The notes under the pieces were generated by a model. It did not search any database and had not been told where the DNA came from. It saw only the letters and a list, made by a program, of their open reading frames with translations. Source: Thraustochytrium aureum (Eukaryota). From it: a stretch of 33,911 nt of DNA. The stretch spans positions 43,967 through 77,877 of the forward strand of contig BLSG01000162.1 of assembly GCA_012862495.1 (NCBI GenBank), read 5' to 3'. Every line of letters starts with the position of its first letter. Within the stretch, counting starts at the first letter, position 1. Both the position numbers and the translations under genes were made by a program. Shown here in pieces: positions 20,646-30,457 of this stretch.

Positions 20646-23600
20646 GACGCTGGTTGACAATCAAGCAAGCCTCTGGGTTTTTAGAAGAGATCTTCTCGAT
20701 TGGGTCAAGCAAAGGCGAGCTCCCCGTGACAGTGCCGGACACGTTGTTGTACAAAGACGGGTACCCGCGCAAGTGGATGCGCATGTGCCACAAGACAGCG
20801 ACGATGCTGTACGAGGCTATTGACCCGCACGACCCGCGGGCGCTCTTGGACGCCGTTCTGACAATGCGGACGCGGTTCGATCGCTGCCTCGTATGGTACG
20901 CATCTGGCGATTGTGAAGAAATCGGTGTCAACCACCTCTTCGAGGTCTTCGGAAGTGTCGAGTGGCAAAAGCAGATCGTGTGCGTGCAGGGCTTTGAGGA
21001 TCCCAAACCACAAGTACTAAGCCTCGAGCATCCTGAGCGCGTGGGCAGTCCAATTTTTGCAAGACCGAACGAGCACGGGGGCGCGACTGGAGCGGAAGTC
21101 TCTCTGCACGACATCGAGTCGGCCCAATTCGCGCTTGGAGAGCTGGTCATGTGGCTCAACAAATTCGGATCGCGCCCAATTGAGCGCATCAGCTGCCTCA
21201 TGGAGACAGGGACGTTCGGGGAGTCCTCGATCTGCGCGCGCGAGGAGCAGGAGGCTCAAGCAGACGCCGCCGCCGCAGACGGGAACGCCGCCGCCGGGAC
21301 GCCGGGTCAAGCCCAACTAGGATCCCGTGCGAGGGCCTTCAAAGCCGAAAAGTGGCAACGCGCAAAGGAGGAGCGCGAGAGAAACGCAAAGCAGCTGTGC
21401 TGGCTTCGATTTGTCAGCCACGTGGAGTTTGGGTTTGGCGGCTTGGAGGACGCGCACTCCAGCCTGGAGACCAGCCGGCGCGCCGGCGGCGGTGACCTCA
21501 CGAGCAGAAGCGGTGCGAGTTTGAGCAGTGTGCAGGGCGGCGGCGGCGTCGCCGCCGCCGCCTCCAAGCCTTCGCCAATGGACCTAAACTTTGAGGGGTA
21601 CTATTCCGTGCATTGCGCTACGGCCCGACACCTCGTCGATATCGTCGTGGTGGGGGACTGCCTTGGGCTCACTGATGAGCAGTCTGTTGCAGACCAGGCG
21701 CTTGACCAACTCTGCCAGCTGGTTGGTGTCAACGGCGTCAAGGTGACTCGAGTGCGATTTGTCAAGGAGGCGGCCAAGCCACGCGTCGCTGTCAATCCTC
21801 CAGGGAACGCGCTCCTCTCGAGCTGGCTGCACAAATTGCTCGTCGAGCTTGTCCGTCGGCCAGCACGGCGCAAAGCCACTCGTCCTGGCCGGGGTTGGAG
21901 TGGGCGCAAACGTGGTGTTCCATTTGGCGGCCTTCCGCAAGCTCGAGGGCCTGCATGCCGTCGTCAGCATAAACGGGTTTGCTTGCGTAGACCGCACGTT
22001 GTCACGCAGCGTGGCGAGCCGCGCCAGCGCGGCAGCTCCAGGTGTGGCGAAAATTCTCAACAACATGCGCAAAGGGTTCCTCGACCTGCGGCCGTCCTTG
22101 GCTCTCATCAAGGCCCCAACGCTCGTCGTGCAGTCCACGGAAGATGATGTTGTATTACCACTGCACGTCGAGAACATCGTCAACGCCCGTGGCGCGCCCC
22201 GCACAATCTGCAGCTCAGTAAACGAGTGCATGCGCAGTCAGGGTCACTGCAAGAGCCACGTCGTCTGGCTTAAAGCTCCGCACGACGTGATCTCCTCTCG
22301 CGCCGAGTTCCTCGAGGCCTTCTTCCTTCAAGTCATCGCGCAGGTAAAGCAGCTCAACGGGCTGGCGGAAGGCGATGTTGAGGCTCGGCGCGCTCGAGGG
22401 CAGCAAGAAATATGCAGAGGAAGCTGGCAGCCCAGAGGTTACGGGACCCGCTGCCCCCGACGGCGGAGAAGAGGCTGGCCCTGCGCGCGAGGAGGCAGAG
22501 CAAACACCTGCAGACGCCTTGGGCAGCGGAGAGCAGCATTCGGGGAAAGGGTCTACCTTTAAGAGCTCGAGCAGCTCTCAAAAACGAAAGCACCGGTCAG
22601 GTGAACATCATGCCCTGGCTGCGGACGAGGCCGAGCAAGGCTTGCCCATGAGCCCCGCGGCGCGAAGGGAAGCGCTCATGCAGGAACAGCGCACTCGCGC
22701 TGAACAGGAGCGGATGCGCCGCATTTCCGACTTCGCGCGGAACAAACCTACGGAAGCCGACGAGAGGTCTGCGATGCTGGACGAAGATATTTTGTCCAAA
22801 GAGTTGCGGCGTTGCTTGCGCGAGGAGGTGCGTTGGGCAGAGCAGCAGGTTGTCGTCAGGCAGCGGATGGAGCAGCTGCGCGCCGCGAGGGACCGCGAGC
22901 AGGAGCGAGATGACAAAGCCCAGGCGAAGGAGCAGAACCGCCGAGCACTGCGCGATTATGAGGAGAAGACGCACCAGTTTGAGCTTCATGATGCGTCCCT
23001 GGATCAAGTCCTCGAAACGACGACAAACGTCCTTGGCAGCTCTGTGTCGGGGGCGAGCAAGATTCGACTCGACTTCCTCAAGGTCGCGCAGCGGCAAGCC
23101 GCGGCCATTGAGCGATCCCACCAGGTCCTCGACGTCATCCGCGCAACGCAGGCAGCGCGCGACTCCAACGTGAAGCGCGTCTCAGAGATGGAGCGCGCCG
23201 TGGCACTTCTCAAGTCGGCAGCGAATATTCGAAACCCGGAACAAGCGAGTCGGAAGAAGAAGCGCCAGGCCGAGCAGGCGGCGAGCGAGCTTCAGGACAT
23301 ACTAGTAGCGCGTCAGGACGCGTGCGACGAGCTTGATGCTATGAACAGCAAGCTCAAGGAGCTTCAGGTGGAGATTGCCAAGGTCAACAGCAGCATCCAA
23401 AGCGATAGCGTGATTCTGAATCGCAAGGTGACCGAAATGGACGATATGGTCGCAAAGCTCAATGGGCTCCTTGAAGCGCTCGTCAAGGAGGAAGCCGTCC
23501 TCGTTCGGAACCGCAACGAGGCGCTTCAGCGCCGCAACGACGTCGCTGGTTTGCAAGACACAGTCCAAAGGCGTCTCGGGGACGTCGCCACAGAGCTTGA

Positions 23601-26600
23601 ACGTTGCAAGGGCTTTACCACAAAGTACTGCGACAGTTCTATCTGGCAAGCAGGCGTGATGCAGCGGATTCGTACCGTCGAACTGCTGCGGTACTTGGGC
23701 CGCGAAGAGGAGGCCCTCAAAGACCGCCTGGAGCTGATCACCGAGGAGCTCGAAACCCAATCTTCGCTCGTGCATCGCGCCTCCAGTCGGCAAGCTTCGC
23801 TTCACCGCGAGAAGGCCGCGTTGTCGGCGCAGATCAAGCTCATATCTGGCGCACTCACGCTGCACCGCTCGGGCGAGATCAGGAAACAAGCGCGCGCTCA
23901 GCTTGGCCTGAAAGCGGCCCAGCACAATGGCGATGGTAGGCACGCAGAGAGTCGCGGCGAGGCCGTCCCGGACAAAGAAGAGACAGAAAAAACTGACCAA
24001 GGCGACGAGAGCGCGCGCGAAAACAATGAGACGCTCGGGCTCAACGAACGCGCCGTTGAGATACGCAACAAACCTCCTGCTGCGCGAACCCAGGAGGAGC
24101 GCGAGTGGGTCGCCCTCGACGTCATCATAAACAGGTACGCGGGCATATACGACGAAGACTCCATTCCCAGCTCCAAGCACTACCGCGCCGCCGAATTGAC
24201 GGAGGAAGTTGTAGAGTGTCTATTCGAACTGCCGGAGGAAACCAACCTGGCGCTGCCCTTCATCCGTAGCGCAGCGCAGCTTCGCGCTTACCAGCTTTTG
24301 CAAAAGTTCTCGCATGGGAACGACCCGGAGGATCTTGCGAGGCAGGACCGCCTGGAAGCAGGACGACGGCGGCGCGACGAGCCGCGCTTTCGCGTCTTCG
24401 ATTCGATCGAGCACTTCAAGTTGACTCTCCAAGAGGAGGGCAAGGAAGAAGATGCGCAAGACAAAAGCTTAGTTCTGCTGCGTGACACCAAGTGGACCAG
24501 GGTGTACGAGACGCGTGATCAGATCTTGCACAGCCGCGAGGGCCGAGTCCACACGTTTTTCATTCCGAATGGCATGCTCGTCAAGCAGCTGGTCGCGAAT
24601 GTTGTGTACGAGGGTGGGTTTGACGAGCGCGGGTACGTGCTGGGCCGCCTTTCCGCAGCGCTGTACTTTGATGAATCTGTACCCATCGGCTACCTGTCTC
24701 GCACGCACGAGCTATCGCTTTGCACGAGCGAGGGGCTGGGCCGCTTCTCGCTCGTGCACGATCCGAACGACGCCGGCGTGCCCTTGGCGCATGGCAAGTA
24801 CCAGATCGCTGTCGGCGCCGCCTCGCTGACGCGCTATGCGGTGACGGTGATGGCAGAGACGTGCACTCCGCTCCCCGTAGCCGAGGTCAACGGGAAAAGC
24901 GAGGCGCTCGAGATCGTGGAGCGTCTCAAGTCGATCGACGACGACAAGGAGCACCTGACTGTGAGCCTGTACCTCTCGCAGCGCAAGGCCAAGCTCGTTG
25001 AGGGCATGGTCAAGGAGGCTGAGTCGCGGTGCGAGGAGCTAGAAGTGGAGATGGACAAGGTGGCGAGTGTGCTTGAAGAGCGAAGAGAGGCCGAGGAGAA
25101 GGGCATTCTGCTCGACGAGGACTCTGACGAGGAGGGCGGCGAGCGCGCGATGTACTCGGCAAGTTACCTTGTTCGCAAGGAAGCCGAGTTTGACAAGTGG
25201 ACGCAGCTCGCTGCAAGCAGGCGCACCGAGCTGCAGGACACGCGAAACGGGGCGGCAGAGATGGCCAGCCTCAAGCGCGAGCGCGACGAGGAGAAGGCAG
25301 ACAAATTGGCCCGTCTTGAGGAACTTGTTCGGAATGGGGTCATCTCGAACGAAGACATTCGGGCCGCCGAGCGAGAGCAGCAAGAGGCGGAGCAGGCGGC
25401 CGCCGACGCCGTGACTCGGGAGCGAGACGCCACGGACGCCGCCATCCTTGATGAGCAACTCCACGCCAATGAATGCTGGAACGGGGTCTCCCGCGAAATC
25501 TACCCTCGAGGCGGCGAAAGGGAGGAGAGGCCAGCTCCCCGCGCCACGAACGCCTGCACGCGCGAAGACCTCCTCGCATTGATGTGCACGCGCCACGGGG
25601 CCATTAAGGGACCAAAGGCGGTCGCTCTTCGGCTTTTGCTTCGAGCGCGAGTGGATCCGCAAGAGGTGCGCTGCATCGAGTCTCCCATGCTCGCAGAGCC
25701 GCGGATGCTGCGGCAGAAAAAGCTGACGTTTGGGCTCCGAGGCCCGGAGGTAGAGACCGACATCGACCAGCGCTGCCGCAGCGTGCTCGCAGAGCTAGAG
25801 CGTGCAAATGCCAGCAAGGCGGCTTTTCTAGACTCGTTCGTCTTGCACGCGGCGTGCCAGCGGTTCCCAGCCAAGGTCCTGCGCAAAGAGCTGAATCGCG
25901 AGCTGGATCGCCTGTTGACGCTCCAAGTCCGCGAGCAGGAGCGCTTCATCATCAAGGAGTGGCGGAAAAGCCTCCAGAGACTTGGCGCCGGGCCCACGAC
26001 GCGTAGCGAGTCAGGCGGCAATGCAGGCGGGCCGCCTGGCCTGAGGAGCGCGGCAGCGCAGGGGCTCCCCGCCGAGCTCGACGAGTTTTCCTCTGACGAC
26101 GACAGCGAGGCGGACGCAGAGGCTGCGGCCGTCGCTATGGAGGAGAGCGTCAACGCCGCCACTAGCAGTCACGAGGACGCAGCGCTGGATACCGCGCTAG
26201 GGCTCGTAGCAAGCAGCGGGTCGCGCGAGCGACCGTGCCTGGCCTGCCGCACCAAGCCGTGCAAGTGGAAGCCCAGCTCTAACGTTGTCAAGCTGCAGGA
26301 GCGGCTAGCGGAGCTCCGAACGGAACTCGAAGCAGTCAAGATTGTTGACGAAAGCGTGCGTTTCGTGGAGAGCGCGGTCGCCCGGAGTGTCCTGAACGGG
26401 GGCAAGTCGCGCATGCTCCGCGAGGACCTGATCCAGGAGCTTAGCTTGGAGCTCGCCGCCTTGGAGCGGCGCGAGCGGCTCCTCGTCGTCGACGACGAGC
26501 TCCACCGGGCGTATGCGAGCAATGAGGCGTTCATGGAGACCAAAGCGCTGCACGGATACAAGCAAGTCCAGTGGACGCGAAACGTGATCGTTGCCCTTGA

Positions 26601-27591
26601 GGTTGAGCGCTCCCGAATTCTCGGCGGCGAAGTCGTCCATGAGCTCGTCGAGGGAATCCTCGACTTTATGCTTGACGGCTGGGTGTTTGGGGAGCGCGAG
26701 GTGGTTCCCGGGGCTAGCTCTGGGCCTCGCCCGGACGCCTTTGCCGGTCCCGGGCGGAGCGACAGCACGACCGGAGATCAGCAGGTCCGCATCGAGCCGT
26801 CAAAGCAGTGGGTAAAGATATCTGAAACCCTCGTTGGGCGGCAAAGGCGTAAAAAGGCCGTCGAGCTGAAAGGTGAGGTTTCTCACCAGCTGTCCGAGAC
26901 GGAGAATGTGCTCCAGTTCGGTCTCTTCACGATGACGCTCATGTATTTTCGCGCAATGTCGCTGCTGAAGAAGTCCAAGTTCGAGGACGACTCGCTGACG
27001 GCCAAGAAGCGCCGCGTCGCGGAGGGCGACGTGGCGACTGCCGAGCGCCAGCGCATGGAGCGCACCAAGGCGCGTCGCATGGCCCGGGAGCGCGCAATGC
27101 AGCGTGCGTTGAAGAAGGCCGACGCTGGCCAGCGCGCCAAGGAGGACAGGATCATGAGTCGGCAGAATGAGCTCCAAGCCAAGGTGCGCAAGCAAGTGCG
27201 CAAGGCGAAAGTGGAGAACGCCGCTGCCGTGCACGTGCAGCGCGTGTTCCGCGCTTACCTGGGGCGCCATGCCGCGCGGAAGTGGGCGATGAAGCGCCTC
27301 GAGGAGATTGCGCAGCACAACCTCGAGTTTGCCGCTGCTGCGGCCCTTCAGCGCGTGTTTCGAGGTTACCGTGGCCGCAAGATTGCGGAAGACAAGCGAG
27401 CCGAGCTGGCCGAATTTATTGCCCAGATCCGGGCCGAGGAGGCCAAGGAAGAAGAGGCCGAGTACTGGCGTCGCAACCCGCTCAAGCACGCGCTGCACAA
27501 AGCGCGGCTCATGTTCAAGGCGACTGCGCCTGCCAACCTGGACGACGTTAACGACAACTTGATCACCCCTGCGCCAGCCAAGACCTTTTGA
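20646..27591 (+). CDS. Giant uncharacterised protein (>2300 aa, start in gap): alpha/beta-hydrolase-like domain, long coiled coils, CxxC motif, two C-terminal IQ motifs; +1 frameshifts near 21849 and 22382
   Basis: Three overlapping ORFs (20654-22147, 21759-22562, 22375-27591) join by single-base removals: LLVEL-SVGQHG and GDVE-LGALEGS. Hydrolase-like segments are LVLAGVGVGANV, IKAPTLVVQSTEDDVV and LKAPHDV. IQ motifs are VQRVFRAYLGR and LQRVFRGYRGR; CLACRTKPC lies at about 26235. Confidence 0.8.
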
Positions 27592-27929
27592 TGAGCCGTG
27601 GCCAGCCACGAACTCGGGGCGGCGCACACAAACCACAGCCTCGACCAGCTCGTTCAAGTACATTCATCTATCTATACTCTAGATGTATACCTGTGAGCCC
27701 TCGCTTGAGTTAGACACCGTTGAACAGCAGAAAGGACATGAACTCGTACGTACTGAGTACCAAGGGGGACCCTCCTTGCACAGAGCAACGAAGCCTTGCC
27801 CGGCCCGCGGAAAGCCCCTTCCCGACAGGGAAAAACGGCACGGCCTGCTCGCCGAACGGCTGCAAAAGAATCGATGCGGAGCGTAGTGGCTTGGTGACCA
27901 TGTGCGCCTGCAGCGACGCGGGCGGTGGC

Positions 27930-28459
27930 CCCTTGGAGAGACTGTGCCGTCCTCGCAGGTTGCCCTTGTAGCGGCTGCGCTCCTGCATCGCACCAACCGG
28001 TGTCCGTGGGCCTTCTCGAGCGTCATCGCGCCGGCTGGTCGGGCACTCCCTGCATGGACACAATCCGGTGTTTTGAGTCCACCACGAAAGACGCGACGAT
28101 GCGGCGGCGGGCAGGAGATGCCCCGCGGTTCACCATGGCGCTGATCCTGTGGATGCGCGAGATGGGAAACACGAGCAAGCGGCTGGCCGGCGAAGCCAAA
28201 TGTTCCAAGGGGCGCCCGCTGAAAGGAGACTTCTATGGAGCTCGCCCTCGTCGTAGCTGATATTGAAGCAGTCATGGGCCAGTTGGTGGTCGGCTCTGGT
28301 GAAAGCCCGCTTGAAGTGGAGATCTCCTCCTTCAATAGAGCTGTCGCGGTCCGCCACGAAGAGGCAGGTCGCAATGAAGCGCTCGTGGCTCATCCCCTCG
28401 ACATGTCAAACACCCTCGTACGCTTCGCCGGCGCAATGCACAAGCCCCCGCGCAAAGCA
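27930..28459 (-). pseudogene. DUF4246-like (putative 2OG-Fe(II) oxygenase fold) pseudogene fragment
   Basis: GEAYEGV*HVEGMSHERFIATCLFVADRDSSIEGGDLHFKRAF, with TGA replacing the W of the family WHVEG motif. Other frames continue PLGT / ASPASRLLVFPISRIHRISAMVN..ARRRIVASFVVDSKHRIVS / MTLEKAHGHRL / MQERSRYK. There are several frameshifts, and conserved residues (FPN, VDP) are altered. Confidence 0.65.
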
Positions 28460-28841
28460 NNNNNNNNNNNNNNNNNNNNNNNNNNNNNNNNNNNNNNNNN
28501 NNNNNNNNNNNNNNNNNNNNNNNNNNNNNNNNNNNNNNNNNNNNNNNNNNNNNNNNNNNNNNNNNNNNNNNNNNNNNNNNNNNNNNNNNNNNNNNNNNNN
28601 NNNNNNNNNNNNNNNNNNNNNNNNNNNNNNNNNNNNNNNNNNNNNNNNNNNNNNNNNNNNNNNNNNNNNNNNNNNNNCAGAGCCGCTGGCGGGTGCGCTG
28701 CTCGAGCGAACGCGGCCGCAGGCATAGCGCGTGCGGCGAACGCGTTTGCCAGGAGGCCGGCAGCTGGCTGGGCTTGTTCCACCTCGTTTTCTTGACCCGT
28801 TTCACTGGTCTACGCGGAGCTGCCCGCGCCAACGACGCGCG

Positions 28842-29994
28842 ATGGAGGTCTCCGCGGAGACCCGGGGAGCCGCTGAGCGCGGCGGACGCTGTCGTGCGCG
28901 ACGCGCTGGACCAGCTTCGAGGCGGCACGACGCACCTGGACCTGCACCACTGCGGGATCGTTGGCGACTCGGCCGTTCTGCAGGCCATCTTGGACGGCGT
29001 CAAACTCTCCCAACGCCTCACGGTCCTCGACCTCTCCCTCAACCAGCTGGGCGCCGGCGGCGTGAGCGCCGTCGCGCAGGCGCTGCCGCACATGCCGCTG
29101 CTGCGGGTCCTCGTGCTGTATGGGTGCAAAGGAGGCCCGGGAGGTGCCAGGGCGCTGTGCGAGTCGGCTGCCGAGCACCCGACGCTGGCTCAGGTCCAGG
29201 CAGACTCGAACGCGTTCGGGCCGGAGGGCGGCAGGGCGTTCGCGGCTCTGCTTCGGCGCGGGACTCGTCTGCGATCGCTCGGGCTCCGGTTCAACGCGCT
29301 GGGCGAGTCCATCCGGGAACTGGCAGCTGCACTTGGGCATGCGGGCTCGTTGGAGACGCTGGACCTGCGCGAGAATGAGATCGGCGAAGCCGCGGCGCTC
29401 GCGTTAGCAGAAGCTATTCGAGACCGCCCTCCGCTTCTCCGAGAGGTGGACATTCGCCATAACGCGCTGCCCTTTCCGTGTGACCGCGCCTTCCTCCAAG
29501 CGCTCATTGCGAACCCGCGGCTTTCGCGGTTTCAGACCACGCGCTTCGACCTCGCCCTTGATTTGTACAGGGGATTGGTCACGCATGCGCTGCGCGTTGG
29601 CTCAAGTGGCACGTCCTCGGAAGGCCAAGTCCTCGAGGCGGAGCAGCATGGGCCGAGTCCCAGGCGCTATGCCATGTGGGGCAATCCTGAAGCCGCCCAG
29701 CAGGAGGAGGCACGTCCTCACGGGACAGCGCTGCCTGCCGAGAAGGAGCGCCATCGCAAGGCGCGGCCAGAGTCCAGTAGCAGGATTCCAGCGGCCTTGA
29801 TCCAGCGCCGCGTGCTCACGGACTTTCAGCGCAAGCACCCAGTCATGGTTAAGAGCCTGTCCGACTGGCGATTCAGCTATGCGGCAGGACGAGCCTTGTG
29901 CAGCGCGCCTCGCTGCCTTGCTGAACCGCGCGTCCCCGACCAGGTCGCCATGCTCGCGCGTTTCTTCGAGCTGCACAGCGAGCCGGACTGGTGA
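28842..29994 (+). CDS. RNI-like leucine-rich-repeat protein (NLRC3/RanGAP-type repeats); probable +1 frameshift at about 28860-28867
   Basis: Repeats of about 28 aa: LDLHHCGI, LTVLDLSLNQLGAGG, LRVLVLYGCKGG, LRSLGLRFNALG, LETLDLRENEIGE, LREVDIRHN. There is no in-frame ATG upstream of the repeats; ATG 28842 (MEVSAET) joins via the CCC/GGGG run. The 3' end is uncertain. Confidence 0.8.
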
Positions 29995-30457
29995 GCAGTA
30001 CTTTGCAAGAGCAACCGCGTGCGCCTCCTTTGCCATTTCAACTATGCGGCAGCGACGGCGGCACTCCAAAGCTCGTGCTGGCAGGGGCAGGCCAAGAGCC
30101 TGGGACCGAGCCCACAGTGTCCATGCTGAGCAAGGGGCTGAGAGAATACAACTCAGGCCAGAAGAGGGGAGGGGGCACGGGCGACCTCCTCTGCTCCTGC
30201 GAGACTCCGGTCGCCAGGACCCCGCATGCGCGGCTGTCCACCGCCGACCAGCAGCGTCCCGCAGCATCGTCCAGCGTGCCGAGTAGAGCGCCATCATCAC
30301 CTCACCTCGGGCAGAAAAGAGTACCGTTTAGTGCGTTAATTGGGGCGGACAGAATGTGCATCAGGCGCAGGCGGCCCAGAGCCAGCAGCAGCAGCAGCGA
30401 TCGCCACCAGGACGAGCAGAACTAGTAACGTCTGCAGCGGGTCGTGGCGGTCAACCG

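Noticed and set aside
28406..28408. UGA reassigned to Trp or Sec (TGA at the WHVEG Trp position)
   Set aside because: TGA terminates intact genes here (11750-11752, 27589-27591), other genes use TGG for conserved Trp, and this locus has multiple other lesions.
29879..30425. Separate gene or continuation of the LRR gene in ORFs 29879-30286 / 29991-30425
   Set aside because: No recognisable domain, and joining needs further unsupported frameshifts or splicing; left unresolved.
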